A DNA stretch of 64,000 nt from Eubacteriales bacterium (GTDB lineage: Bacteria > Bacillota > Clostridia > Oscillospirales > CAG-272): contig JAZRQR010000003.1 in NCBI GenBank assembly GCA_045650025.1, positions 1,756 to 65,755 of the forward strand, written 5' to 3'. The notes beneath the pieces are model-generated. The model made no database searches. It saw nothing but the letters and a program-made list of their open reading frames with translations, and had not been told where the DNA came from. The translations under genes were made by a program, and so were the position numbers. Below are positions 18,950-29,361 of this stretch, one piece after another (the first letter of the stretch is position 1; each line of letters opens with the position of its first letter).

Positions 18950-21139
18950 ATGAACGAATTGAAGAGAGAGCGCGTATGGTCTGTCTTGTACAATCCGCAG
19001 CAAGACCAGGCAGACGAAAAGATCACGCGCATCAGCCAGAGCGTCGGCGTATCTCCCATTACTGCCCGACTGCTGTATAACAGAGGGTACGATACCCCTG
19101 AAAAAGCGCAAGCTTTTATTCATACCGATATCAGCGCGTTACACGACCCCTTCTTGATGAAGGATATGGACAAGGCGGTAGAGAGAATTGCTGCCGCAAT
19201 CGGGGCCGGCGAAACCATCGCAATTTACGGTGACTATGACGTAGACGGCGTTACCTCGGTAACCTCCATTTATCTCTATCTCAAGAGCAAGGGGGCTGAT
19301 ATTGTTTATTATATTCCCAGCCGTGACAAGGAAGGATATGGTCTTTGCGAAGCAGCAATTGACGTGCTTTGCGATCATGACGTATCATTAATCGTGACCG
19401 TCGACACCGGCATTACAGCCAATCAGGAAGTCCGCTTTGCTTCTACACGAGGCATTGATATGGTTATTACAGACCACCACGAATGCCGCTCCGAATTGCC
19501 GCCTGCATGTGCGGTAGTCAATCCTCACAGACCGGATTGCCCGTATCCCTTCAAGGAGCTTGCGGGTGTGGGAGTGGTTTTCAAATTGATCTGCGCGTAT
19601 GAGATCTACGAGAACCGTCGCAAGGGGTTGTCCGTGGCAGATGCGGTTGCAACCGTGTGCCGCGAATACGTAGATCTGACCGCCATCGGAACAATCGCCG
19701 ACGTCATGCCGATCATTGATGAGAACAGATTCATTGTTGCTGCAGGCCTGGAAGCCGTACAAAACACCAAGCGCTGCGGCCTGGATGCGCTGATTGAGGC
19801 ATCCTCTTACAATCCCAACGCAAGACAGGACCAGCCCCAAAAGCGCAAAAAGATCAATTCAGGCTTTATCGGATTTGGCATTGCGCCCAGAATCAATGCG
19901 GCAGGCAGAATCAGCAGCGCAACCAAGGCAGTTGAGCTTTTGCTGGAAAACGACCCTGTTGCCGCTAAGGAACGCGCGGACGAGCTTTGCAAGATCAATA
20001 CGCAAAGACAAATTGAAGAAAACAGAATTGCCGAGCAGGCATATAAAACCATCGAGCAGCAGCACGACTTCCAGCATGATCGCGTGATCGTTCTGGAGGA
20101 CGATTCCTGGCAGCAGGGTATTATTGGTATCGTTTCTTCCCGTATTACCGAGAAATACGGCTTACCCTCTGTTCTTATCTCATTTGACGGCGCTACGCGT
20201 GGATACGCAAGCCTTGATGACGTAGGGAAAGGCTCGGGCAGAAGCATTAAGGGCATGAACCTTGTGGATGCCTTGACCTATTGCAGCGATTTGTTGACAA
20301 GATACGGAGGACATGAGCTCGCAGCCGGTCTTTCGATTGCAAGATGCAACATTGACGAATTCCGCAAGCGCATCAATCAATACGCAAGCGAGAATCTGGA
20401 TAGTGATGCCTTGGATATTCGCTATGAGGCGGATTGCGAGGTTGATGTTCAGAATCTGACCATGCCCTTAGCGGCAGAGCTGAGCATGCTTGAGCCCTTT
20501 GGCGTGGCTAATCCTACCCCCGAGCTGATCTGCCGAAATCTGACGGTATTTAAAATCATTCCGCTTGGAGCAGGTAAACATTGTAAGATCATTCTTGCCA
20601 AGGACGGTTTGCAGATGCAGGCAGTATGGTTTGGCACTCCCGCGGCTACCTTGCCGTTCAGCGTTTCGGATTGCGTTGACGTCATGTTCCAGCTCAGCAT
20701 TAATGAGTATCAAAACGTAAAAAGCCTGCAGTTGATCGTCAAGGATATGCGCATTTCGGATGATTATGCAGAGAAGTGCCGCTTTGAGCGCAAGCGCTAT
20801 GAGCAGATCCTTTCGGGTGATGCTTTTGCAGCAAACGAAAACGTACTGCCTAATCGTGAGGATATCGCGGAGGTATATAAGCTTTTACGTAGGGAATGCC
20901 GCATCGGGCACAATACGTTCTCGCACAAAACCTTACTATCGACTCTGAATCTGACCTCTGCTTTGCAGATCAATTATATCAAACTGAAATTTATCATTGC
21001 TATTTTGGCAGAGTTGAACCTTTGCGGCGTTAAAGAGCCGGGGGACAACTTATACATTTTTGACGTATACTGTAACGTTGAAAAGACTAACGTAGAAAAT
21101 TCCGAGTTGCTCAGAAAATTGCGCGAGCAATGCAAGTAA
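18950..21139 (+). CDS. recJ: single-stranded-DNA-specific exonuclease RecJ
   Basis: DHH motifs (IYGDYDVDGVTS, TVDTGI, ITDHH) and a DHHA1 domain. ATG at 18950 is preferred over the track GTG at 18905. Confidence 0.9.
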   Translation: MNELKRERVWSVLYNPQQDQADEKITRISQSVGVSPITARLLYNRGYDTPEKAQAFIHTDISALHDPFLMKDMDKAVERIAAAIGAGETIAIYGDYDVDGVTSVTSIYLYLKSKGADIVYYIPSRDKEGYGLCEAAIDVLCDHDVSLIVTVDTGITANQEVRFASTRGIDMVITDHHECRSELPPACAVVNPHRPDCPYPFKELAGVGVVFKLICAYEIYENRRKGLSVADAVATVCREYVDLTAIGTIADVMPIIDENRFIVAAGLEAVQNTKRCGLDALIEASSYNPNARQDQPQKRKKINSGFIGFGIAPRINAAGRISSATKAVELLLENDPVAAKERADELCKINTQRQIEENRIAEQAYKTIEQQHDFQHDRVIVLEDDSWQQGIIGIVSSRITEKYGLPSVLISFDGATRGYASLDDVGKGSGRSIKGMNLVDALTYCSDLLTRYGGHELAAGLSIARCNIDEFRKRINQYASENLDSDALDIRYEADCEVDVQNLTMPLAAELSMLEPFGVANPTPELICRNLTVFKIIPLGAGKHCKIILAKDGLQMQAVWFGTPAATLPFSVSDCVDVMFQLSINEYQNVKSLQLIVKDMRISDDYAEKCRFERKRYEQILSGDAFAANENVLPNREDIAEVYKLLRRECRIGHNTFSHKTLLSTLNLTSALQINYIKLKFIIAILAELNLCGVKEPGDNLYIFDVYCNVEKTNVENSELLRKLREQCK

Positions 21140-21172
21140 CTTGCGGATACAGACCAATCAAGAGGAGCATTT

Positions 21173-23401
21173 ATGCAAAACACTGTGCACACAGACATCA
21201 CCCGCTTGCTTGATATTCTCAGAGCAACGGGTAAAAAGTACGACGTAGAAAAGATTACACGTGCATTTGAATATGCGGATAATTTGCACGAGGGGCAGTA
21301 TCGCGTCAGCGGTGAGAAGTATATTTCTCACCCTGTTGCCGTTGCAGAGATCGTGGCTGGACTGGAGCTTGACACAGATTCGATCTGTGCCGCCCTTTTG
21401 CATGACACGGTAGAGGACTGTGCAGATAAAACCAACCTCAAGGAGATCGAAAAGCTGTTCGGCAAGGACGTTGCGGAATTGGTGGACGGTCTGACCAAGA
21501 TCGTGACCTTACAGGTAGAGGACAAGGAAGAAGCACATATCGAAAACCTGCGCAAAATGCTGCTGGCAATGAACAAGGACGTGCGCGTCATTTTCATCAA
21601 GCTGTGTGACAGATTGCATAACATGCGCACCCTGGAAGTCAAGCCTGACCATAAGCGCAGAATTACGGCTTTGGAGACCATGCAGGTCTATGCACCCTTG
21701 GCACACCGTCTCGGTATGCAAAAGATCAAGCAGGAGCTGGAAAACCTCGGTGTACGCTATCTTGACCCCATCGGTTACGAAGAAGTTCGTAACGGTATTG
21801 AGCAAAAGTACGGGCAAAGTCTGAATTTCATTGAAAGCATTCGTCAGACGGTCGGAGCAAAGCTGGAGGAAAATCATATTTCCTATACTCTGGAAGGTAG
21901 AATCAAAACCGTCTACAGTATCTATAAAAAGATGTTCTCGCAGGGCAAGAGCTTTGACCAGATCTATGATTTCTACGCAATGCGTATCATTGTAGACACA
22001 GAGCTGGAGTGCTATACCGTGCTTGGTATCATCCACGAAATGTTCAACTCGATCCCCGGACGCTTTAAGGACTACATTTCCACGCCTAAGCCCAACATGT
22101 ACCGTTCGCTGCACACCACGGTTATCGGTCGTTCCGGTATTCCGTTTGAGGTGCAGATCCGTACCTGGGAAATGCACCACATTGCAGAGTACGGTATCGC
22201 GGCGCACTGGAAGTATAAGTCGGGAGCTACCTCCAAGGAGGACATGGACAAGAAACTGGAGTGGATCGCACGTCTGATCGAAACCGAGGACGATGCGCGT
22301 GACCCCGATGAGTTCATGCATGCCCTGAAGACCGACATTTTCCATGACGAAGTATTCGTCTTTACCCCCAAGGGCGACGTAATCGCCCTGCCACAGGGAG
22401 CTACCGCAATCGACTTTGCTTATGCGATCCACTCGGCTGTAGGTAACAAGATGATCGGCGCTAAGATCAACGGTAATATCGTCCCCATCGACCGCGTATT
22501 GGAGAATGGTGAAATCGTTGAGGTTCTGACCACCTCTTCCGGCAAGGGCCCCAGCAAAGACTGGCTTTCCATTGTTAAAACCGGTGAAGCAAAGGCAAAG
22601 ATCCGTCAATGGTTCAAGCGTGAAAAGCGCGACGAGAATATTATCGAAGGTAAAGCTCAGTGCGAAGCGGAGATCAAAAAGACGCTCTCCAAGGTGCCCG
22701 AAACGCTGCGTAACGATATTTGCGCGGCTATTGCACAGCGCATTGGCTTTGCAAGTGTGGACGACCTGTATAATGAAATCGGCTTCGGTGGCTTGTCCAT
22801 AACCAAGATCGCCAATAAGATCAAGGATGAGGCTTCCAAGTACGCAATTGCAGAACCCGAGGCTATGCCGGAGATTACCGAAACCGAAATGGTTTCTTCT
22901 CCTGCAAGAATCAAGAATGTACGCTCCAACAGCGGCATTATCGTAGACGGTGAAAGTGGCTGCCAGGTCAAGTTTGCCAAGTGCTGCAACCCGTTGCCGG
23001 GTGACCGTGTCATTGGATTTATCACCAAGGGGTACGGTATTTCGATCCATAAGTATGACTGTCCCAACGTCACCAGCATCATTGATAACAGCGAATACGT
23101 TGACAGATGGGTGCAGGCAGAATGGGAGAAAGGACCTGCCGATAATGGAAGCGTCGGTGTTTACGAGGCGTTCATTCAGCTGCACACCGAAGACAGAATC
23201 GGTATGCTTGCCGATATTGCAACTGCTCTTGCTGATATGCGCGTTGCCATCCTGTCTGTTAACTCTCAAAAGAGAAACAACGGCATGGGCATCATTAATC
23301 TCAAGGTCAGCTGTAAGAACACAGATCACTATCAGTCTATTATGTCCAGACTTAAGAGCCTTGCGGGCGTGGTAGACGTTGTAAGAGGATATTCATCATG
23401 A
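21173..23401 (+). CDS. relA: bifunctional (p)ppGpp synthetase/hydrolase
   Basis: HD domain (HPVAVAEIVA, LLHDTVEDC), a synthetase domain, and TGS and ACT C-terminal regions. 742 aa. Confidence 0.92.
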   Translation: MQNTVHTDITRLLDILRATGKKYDVEKITRAFEYADNLHEGQYRVSGEKYISHPVAVAEIVAGLELDTDSICAALLHDTVEDCADKTNLKEIEKLFGKDVAELVDGLTKIVTLQVEDKEEAHIENLRKMLLAMNKDVRVIFIKLCDRLHNMRTLEVKPDHKRRITALETMQVYAPLAHRLGMQKIKQELENLGVRYLDPIGYEEVRNGIEQKYGQSLNFIESIRQTVGAKLEENHISYTLEGRIKTVYSIYKKMFSQGKSFDQIYDFYAMRIIVDTELECYTVLGIIHEMFNSIPGRFKDYISTPKPNMYRSLHTTVIGRSGIPFEVQIRTWEMHHIAEYGIAAHWKYKSGATSKEDMDKKLEWIARLIETEDDARDPDEFMHALKTDIFHDEVFVFTPKGDVIALPQGATAIDFAYAIHSAVGNKMIGAKINGNIVPIDRVLENGEIVEVLTTSSGKGPSKDWLSIVKTGEAKAKIRQWFKREKRDENIIEGKAQCEAEIKKTLSKVPETLRNDICAAIAQRIGFASVDDLYNEIGFGGLSITKIANKIKDEASKYAIAEPEAMPEITETEMVSSPARIKNVRSNSGIIVDGESGCQVKFAKCCNPLPGDRVIGFITKGYGISIHKYDCPNVTSIIDNSEYVDRWVQAEWEKGPADNGSVGVYEAFIQLHTEDRIGMLADIATALADMRVAILSVNSQKRNNGMGIINLKVSCKNTDHYQSIMSRLKSLAGVVDVVRGYSS

Positions 23402-23859
23402 AAGCAGTATTACAAAGAGTCAAAAACGCCAAGGTAGAGGTAGACGGCGAGATCGTGGGTCAGTGCAGCACCGGATTGATGATCCTGCTGGGCGTTGCCA
23501 AGGAGGACACCGAGGAGGATGCAAGACTGCTCGCCGAAAAAATCGTCAAGCACAGAATCTTCCGCGATGAGAACGGTAAAATGAATCTTTCCGTCAAGGA
23601 TATTGACGGTGAGATCCTGGTTGTATCGCAGTTTACTCTCATGGCTGAGTACAGACATGGCAACCGCCCCGATTTCTTTGCATCTGCTGCTCCCGAGCAA
23701 GCTAACCGGCTCTACGAATATTTCATTTCTTTGGTATCTGCACACGTGCGCCACGTAGGTCACGGCATCTTTGGTGCAGATATGGACGTTACGTTAACCA
23801 ACTGGGGCCCCGTTACCATTGTAATGGATAGCCAAGTCCTCAAGAATAAAGGAAAGTAA
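23398..23859 (+). CDS. dtd: D-aminoacyl-tRNA deacylase
   Basis: MKAVLQRVKNAKVEV...SQFTLMAEYRHGNRP...NWGPVTI. ATGA overlap with relA. Confidence 0.92.
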   Translation: MKAVLQRVKNAKVEVDGEIVGQCSTGLMILLGVAKEDTEEDARLLAEKIVKHRIFRDENGKMNLSVKDIDGEILVVSQFTLMAEYRHGNRPDFFASAAPEQANRLYEYFISLVSAHVRHVGHGIFGADMDVTLTNWGPVTIVMDSQVLKNKGK

Positions 23860-23863
23860 GCAT

Positions 23864-25360
23864 ATGAAACTGATCATAGATGGACAGGCAAACGTATATT
23901 ACGTACAAACCCTGTGCATGATATTTTATCCCGGAGAAAAGTTCTCCGAGGATCAGCCTATCACCGAGACTACGCCCGTTATGCATATCAGGGTCTCCGA
24001 GCAAGAGACCGGATATTGTGTGGACGCAACGCTGAGCCAAGGTGAAAAGAGCGCAAGCACGCAGAAGATTTATACCTGGCGCGACGATATTGATAAGGAC
24101 AGACTCCTCAAGCTGGCTCTTGGCGATGCGGTACTGACCGTTTGCGGCGAGGTGTGCGGCTACCGTCCCTCCTGGGGCATGCTGACCGGCGTGCGCCCCT
24201 CCAAGGTTGCAACCGATCTTCTCAAAAAAGGCGTAAGTAAAACGCGTGTCAAGAAGATTCTCTCAAGTGAATACTTTGTCATCCCCAAAAAGGCGGCGCT
24301 TGCAACAGACGTAGCGCTGAACGAGGCAAGATTGATCGCAACTCCCGGCAAGAAGGATTGTAGCGTTTACATATCCATTCCGTTTTGTCCGACAAGATGT
24401 GCATACTGCTCGTTTGTCTCGTATACCTCCAAGCGTCTACTCTCACTGATCCCGGAATATCTGGCAAAGCTGTGCGATGAGATCAAGGAAGTGTTTGCCT
24501 GTATCAATCGCCTTGGACTCAACGTACGCACGGTTTATATCGGCGGTGGCACACCCACCATTCTGGAAGCAGATCAGCTGCGCATGCTGCTCTCGGTCAT
24601 TGCGGAATCGACCGACGTGACCAAACTGGAGGAGTATACGCTGGAATCTGGCAGACCCGATACCATTACGGCAGAAAAGTTTGCAGTTGCCAAGGAATAC
24701 GGCGTGACGCGTGTGAGTGTTAACCCGCAGATTCTTTGCGACGAGGTTCTGCAGGGAATTGGCAGAGCACATAATTCGGAGGACTTCTACCGCGCTTTTG
24801 AGCTTGCAAGAGAAGCTGAATTCAAGGTCATCAATACCGACCTGATTGCAGGCTTGCCCGGCGATAAATTCTCGACCTTTGCTGCATCCTTTGACCGCAT
24901 TTTGTCGCTTCGCCCCGAAAACATTACCGTACACACCTTCTGTGTCAAGAAATCGGCTGAGATCTTGCAAAAGGATTCCAAGATCTACGATATTCGTGGC
25001 GGCGATACAGGCAAATGCGTGGATTATTCGCAGATCAAGTCTATGCATGAGGGCTATAAGCCATATTATATGTACAGACAAAAGAATACGGTTGGAAATT
25101 TTGAAAACGTAGGTCTTGCGACCGAAGGCAATGAAGGACTTTATAACATCTATATGATGGAAGAGATTCATTCTATTTTCGCAGCCGGTGCGGGCGCTGT
25201 TACCAAGGCGGTGGACTATATCCCTGTGGACGGCAGCAAGCCCTTTATTGCAAGATATTTCAACGAAAAATATCCTTATGAATACTTAAGAAGTGAAAAC
25301 ACAAAGCAAAAGCTTGAGGAAATTGAAAAATTCTACACCGAAAGAAAATTGCTTGACTGA
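23864..25360 (+). CDS. HemZ-type coproporphyrinogen-dehydrogenase-like radical SAM protein
   Basis: CxxxCxxC cluster motif IPFCPTRCAYCSF and a HemN-like core. Conserved position after relA-dtd in Firmicutes. Confidence 0.7.
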   Translation: MKLIIDGQANVYYVQTLCMIFYPGEKFSEDQPITETTPVMHIRVSEQETGYCVDATLSQGEKSASTQKIYTWRDDIDKDRLLKLALGDAVLTVCGEVCGYRPSWGMLTGVRPSKVATDLLKKGVSKTRVKKILSSEYFVIPKKAALATDVALNEARLIATPGKKDCSVYISIPFCPTRCAYCSFVSYTSKRLLSLIPEYLAKLCDEIKEVFACINRLGLNVRTVYIGGGTPTILEADQLRMLLSVIAESTDVTKLEEYTLESGRPDTITAEKFAVAKEYGVTRVSVNPQILCDEVLQGIGRAHNSEDFYRAFELAREAEFKVINTDLIAGLPGDKFSTFAASFDRILSLRPENITVHTFCVKKSAEILQKDSKIYDIRGGDTGKCVDYSQIKSMHEGYKPYYMYRQKNTVGNFENVGLATEGNEGLYNIYMMEEIHSIFAAGAGAVTKAVDYIPVDGSKPFIARYFNEKYPYEYLRSENTKQKLEEIEKFYTERKLLD

Positions 25361-25389
25361 TTACTTACTATCATCATAAGGAGATTTCC

Positions 25390-26295
25390 ATGCACGTTAC
25401 CAATTACTATTATACTCCCGAGCAAGCAGCTTTGTTTTTGGCACAAAGCGACGCCGCCTTTGACGCGCGAATTACACAGGCAGTCGACCTGATCAAACAG
25501 CGAGGCCAACGCTTCTTATGTCTGGCAGGCCCAAGCTGCGCCGGAAAGACAACCACGGCAAATAAGATCACTAAGGCGCTGCAGGAAAACGGCGTTGTGA
25601 CCCACGTGATCTCAATAGACGACTTCTTTTATGATATGGACTATCTGCTTGCTATGGCAAAGGAGAAGGGCACAGAGCTTGATATGGATTCTGCAGCAGC
25701 GCTGGATCTGGCATGCTTTGCAAAGTGCTTGTCTGATATCGTGGCAACGGGGAAGACGCAATTGCCCATCTTTGATTTCCATACGCACAACCGTGGCGGA
25801 TACCGCGATTTTGCTTCCAATGAGCAGGATATTATCATATTTGAAGGGATTCAAGCCGTTTATCCCGAGCTGACCGATCTGATCGCGCCTTACGGTATGA
25901 CCTCGATTTTCGTGTGTCCCGAGACCGCAATTGCAGTTGGGGATCAGGTGTTTGAGCCTAATATCTTCCGTTTTTACAGAAGAATTGTCCGCGATGCACA
26001 GTATCGCTCGGCTGATGCGCAACGCACGCTGGAGGTCTGGCGTGGCGTGAGAAGCAACGAGGACGCTCATATTTTCCCGCACAAGGACGCTTGCGATATG
26101 ATTGTGGATTCCACGATGGCATATGATCTGCACCTGCTGACACCCTATTTGCGTGAGCTTTTGCCGCAGGTAGGTGAGCAGAGCCGCTATTATTTGCGCG
26201 CTTTGGATATTCTGGGGCGCATCTCCAAGATCGAACCGATCTCCACAGAGTATCTTGCCAAGGATTCGCTTTACCACGAATTTATAAAGTTCTGA
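25390..26295 (+). CDS. uridine-kinase-like P-loop nucleoside kinase family protein
   Basis: Walker A GPSCAGKTT and VISIDDFFYD, Udk/PRK-like. 301 aa. Confidence 0.6.
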   Translation: MHVTNYYYTPEQAALFLAQSDAAFDARITQAVDLIKQRGQRFLCLAGPSCAGKTTTANKITKALQENGVVTHVISIDDFFYDMDYLLAMAKEKGTELDMDSAAALDLACFAKCLSDIVATGKTQLPIFDFHTHNRGGYRDFASNEQDIIIFEGIQAVYPELTDLIAPYGMTSIFVCPETAIAVGDQVFEPNIFRFYRRIVRDAQYRSADAQRTLEVWRGVRSNEDAHIFPHKDACDMIVDSTMAYDLHLLTPYLRELLPQVGEQSRYYLRALDILGRISKIEPISTEYLAKDSLYHEFIKF

Positions 26296-26301
26296 AATAT
26301 G

Positions 26302-26333
26302 ACCACCTCTCATAAACTGCTATGAGAGGTGGT
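26302..26333 (+). terminator. perfect 13-bp hairpin after the kinase gene, overlapping the next start codon
   Basis: ACCACCTCTCATA-aactgc-TATGAGAGGTGGT followed by ggtattt. The 3' arm contains the GAGAGG Shine-Dalgarno-like sequence and the GTG at 26329. Confidence 0.5.
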
Positions 26334-27864
26334 GGTATTTACGAAACAAAATCAACAAAGCTCATTTGCTGCAGGCGCTGCAATGCTCGCTCTTTCGGGT
26401 ATCATTGTCAAGCTTATTGGCGTATGCTATAAAATACCGCTGATGCGACTGATCGGCGCGCAGGGAATGGGATATTTCAATACTGCGTATGACGTATACG
26501 CGTTGCTTTGCATCATCTCAACGTCAGGACTCCCGATCGCCATATCGGTTCTGATCAGCCGCTACCCGGATCTGCACAAGCAGATCTTTCGGCTGTCTCT
26601 GAAGATCTTTGTAATCATCGGTGCTTTAAGTACGGTCGTCGTATTTTTCGCAGCCGAGCGTATCGCTATCCTGGTGGGAGCGCCGGAAGCGGCACCAAGT
26701 CTGCGCTTTATTGCCCCCGCTGTACTGTTCATCTACGTGTCGGGTGCGTTACGGAGCTATTTTCAAGCATTGCGCAATATGCAACCTACGGCAGTTTCCC
26801 AAGTCGTGGAAGCTGCAGGAAAGCTGTTATTCGGGCTGTTGTTTGCACACGTCGCTATCCGATATAACGGCAATCCCGCCTTGGCTGCCGCATTTGCGGT
26901 GCTTGGATTGAGCCTGGGTATGCTGCTCAGCCTGTTATACTTAACTATTTGCTATCCTCGCAACAAAGAGATCACATCACAACCCACCACAGAGACAAAG
27001 CTTTTGCGTGAACTGATGCAGATCGCCCTGCCGGTAACGCTCTGCGCACTATTCGCGGGGCTTTCCAAGATGATTGACCTATCATTGATCATGCGACGCC
27101 TCCAAGACGGAGGAATGGCGCAGGGAAGTGCGATCGCCATGTATGGGTGTTACACCTCCATGGTCATTCCGCTGTTTGGCGCCGTGCCGGCGCTGCTGTC
27201 ATCCGTATCTCTGCCGCTGGTTCCGCATTTAGGACATGCAATCGCGAGCCAGGATATACGCGAGCAAACGCATATTCTGCAATTAGCGTTTCGTTGGTGT
27301 GCCGCAATCAGTATCCCTTCGTCGCTTGGCATTGCCATGCTGTCCGAACCGATTCTGCGACTTCTGTTTTCGGATGCTGCGGAGATCCCGATCGCCATAC
27401 AGATGTTATTGATCATCAGCACGGCAATTCCTGCAAGCTGCCTGATCACGGTCACGGGAGCTGTTTTGCAGGCATACGGGCATCCATGGATTCCTATGGC
27501 ATCCACTCTGGCAGGAGGCCTGATCAAAGCTATCACTTTATATGTACTGTGTCCAATACCCGGTATTGGCATACTTGCAGCACCTATCAGCACGGTATTT
27601 TGCTGTGCTGTAACCGTCTTGATCAATTTGATATATATTGGTAAGCATACACCCGCATTTCAATTTTTACGCAATATGCTGCTCGCACTGCTAGCATCCG
27701 CCGCCTGCGTTGCAGCTCCGGCATTGATTTGCAGAAGCATAGACACGCAGTTCATAAAGATAGCGATCAGCGTGCCAATGGCTGTGTTGCTATATATCCC
27801 GATTGCATATGTTAGCGGATTGATCCGCGTTTCTGACATGAAATCTTTTAAAACTCAAGAATAA
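26329..27864 (+). CDS. MOP-superfamily flippase (MurJ/SpoVB/YabM-like)
   Basis: Polytopic membrane protein. The N-terminus SSFAAGAAMLALSGIIVKLIGVCYKIPLMRLIG is typical of the family. Sits in the yabM position upstream of mazG. The GTG start is uncertain. Confidence 0.75.
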   Translation: MVVFTKQNQQSSFAAGAAMLALSGIIVKLIGVCYKIPLMRLIGAQGMGYFNTAYDVYALLCIISTSGLPIAISVLISRYPDLHKQIFRLSLKIFVIIGALSTVVVFFAAERIAILVGAPEAAPSLRFIAPAVLFIYVSGALRSYFQALRNMQPTAVSQVVEAAGKLLFGLLFAHVAIRYNGNPALAAAFAVLGLSLGMLLSLLYLTICYPRNKEITSQPTTETKLLRELMQIALPVTLCALFAGLSKMIDLSLIMRRLQDGGMAQGSAIAMYGCYTSMVIPLFGAVPALLSSVSLPLVPHLGHAIASQDIREQTHILQLAFRWCAAISIPSSLGIAMLSEPILRLLFSDAAEIPIAIQMLLIISTAIPASCLITVTGAVLQAYGHPWIPMASTLAGGLIKAITLYVLCPIPGIGILAAPISTVFCCAVTVLINLIYIGKHTPAFQFLRNMLLALLASAACVAAPALICRSIDTQFIKIAISVPMAVLLYIPIAYVSGLIRVSDMKSFKTQE

Positions 27865-27877
27865 AGAGGACATAATA

Positions 27878-28690
27878 ATGGACGTTCAAAACAAAATTTC
27901 TGAGCTGCTGAAAAAGCAGCGTTACTCCTTTGACGACTTAGTGGACGTCGTCTACGTATTGCGCAGTGATCAGGGATGCCCCTGGGACAAGGAGCAAGAC
28001 CACAAGAGCATTCGTAACGACTTTATTGAAGAAACTTATGAGGTGATCGAAGCGATCGATACCGAAGATCCTGTGCTATTACGCGAGGAGCTTGGTGACG
28101 TCCTGCTGCAGGTTGTATTCCATGCGCGTATTGAAGAGCAAGAGGGAAGATTTGATATTAGTGACGTTGCCAACGACATCTGCGCCAAGCTGATCCATCG
28201 CCATCCGCACGTGTTTGGTGATGTTTACGCAGAGAATTCCGCGCAGGTTCTGCAGAATTGGGATATGATCAAGAACGAGGAAAAGCAGAGAGTTTCCTAT
28301 ACGGATAAGCTGCGTGCAATTCCGCCCATGTATCCCGCATTGCTGCGTGCACAAAAGGTTGGTAAAAAGGCATCTTGCTTTGATTTTGCAAATGCCGAAG
28401 AGGTGCGCGATAAGGTGCTTGAAGAGGTTGCCGAGGTAATGGAGGTAACCGCTGACCCCGTAGAAGCGGAAAAGGAGATTGGTGATCTGTTGCTTGCAGT
28501 TACCAGCCTTGCGCGTATGCTGCACGTCAACGCGGAGCAGGCGCTGTATCACGCAACCAACCGCTTTATCGATCGCTTTGAAGCAATTGAAAAAGCAGTA
28601 GAAGCGCAGGGTCTTACCATTACGGACGTGTCTCGAGAAGAGCTCGAACGCATCTGGGACGAAAATAAAAAGATGCAATCCGAGAATTGA
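27878..28690 (+). CDS. mazG: nucleoside triphosphate pyrophosphohydrolase MazG
   Basis: CPWDKEQDHKSIRNDFIEETYEVIEAI and EELGDVLLQVVFHARI, with duplicated MazG domains. Confidence 0.9.
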   Translation: MDVQNKISELLKKQRYSFDDLVDVVYVLRSDQGCPWDKEQDHKSIRNDFIEETYEVIEAIDTEDPVLLREELGDVLLQVVFHARIEEQEGRFDISDVANDICAKLIHRHPHVFGDVYAENSAQVLQNWDMIKNEEKQRVSYTDKLRAIPPMYPALLRAQKVGKKASCFDFANAEEVRDKVLEEVAEVMEVTADPVEAEKEIGDLLLAVTSLARMLHVNAEQALYHATNRFIDRFEAIEKAVEAQGLTITDVSREELERIWDENKKMQSEN

Positions 28691-28708
28691 TTTTTTTGCA
28701 AAAATCCC

Positions 28709-28737
28709 TTGCAATATATACCAAAATGTGTTATAAT
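28709..28737 (+). promoter_or_regulatory. sigma-A promoter for hup
   Basis: TTGCAA-17 nt-TATAAT with a TGn extended -10. Confidence 0.55.
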
Positions 28738-28775
28738 ATATACGAAATCCAAACAAACAGAAAGGACAAAATATT

Positions 28776-29048
28776 ATGAACAAGACCCAACTCATTCAAA
28801 AGATTGCTGAAAACGGCAACATGACCAAGAAGGACGCTGAAGCAGCTCTGAACGCAGTTGTAGCAGCAATTTCCGAGGCAGTAGCAGCAGGCGAAAAGGT
28901 ACAGGTTTCCGGTTTCGGTAGCTTCGACGTTAAAACCCGCGATGCAAGAACCGGCAGAAATCCCAAGACCGGTGAAGCTGTTGAGATCGCTGCTTCCAAG
29001 AGAATCGTTTTCACTGCAGCTCAGGCTCTCAAGGATAAGATCAACTAA
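28776..29048 (+). CDS. hup: DNA-binding protein HU
   Basis: MNKTQLIQKIAE...GFGSFDVKTRDARTGRNPKTGEAVEI. 90 aa. Confidence 0.95.
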   Translation: MNKTQLIQKIAENGNMTKKDAEAALNAVVAAISEAVAAGEKVQVSGFGSFDVKTRDARTGRNPKTGEAVEIAASKRIVFTAAQALKDKIN

Positions 29049-29051
29049 TTC

Positions 29052-29294
29052 ATGCGACTTGATAAATTCCTGAAGGTTTCCCGAATTATCAAACGCCGTA
29101 CGGTAGCGAACGAGGCTTGCGATGCTGCGCATATTTGCGTAAATGGCAGACAGGCTAAAGCATCGTATGACGTGAAGGTTGGCGATGTGATTGAAGTCAC
29201 GTTTGGTCAGCGCACCCTGAAAGTGCGTGTCCTTGACGTGCGCGAGTTTACCGCCAAGGCGGATGCCGCTTCGCTTTACGAAGTTATTTCATAA
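29052..29294 (+). CDS. S4-domain RNA-binding protein (YabO/HslR-like)
   Basis: MRLDKFLKVSRIIKRRTVANEA S4 motif. 80 aa. YabO position. Confidence 0.8.
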   Translation: MRLDKFLKVSRIIKRRTVANEACDAAHICVNGRQAKASYDVKVGDVIEVTFGQRTLKVRVLDVREFTAKADAASLYEVIS

Positions 29295-29315
29295 TTTGGG
29301 AAATTCCGCATATAT

Positions 29316-29345
29316 TGTACTGGCAGGTCTAATACTGCCAGTACA
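29316..29345 (+). other. 11-bp perfect stem-loop between the S4 gene and yabP (no U-tract)
   Basis: TGTACTGGCAG-gtctaata-CTGCCAGTACA. Confidence 0.4.
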
Positions 29346-29361
29346 GTAAGCGGAGGCAATC

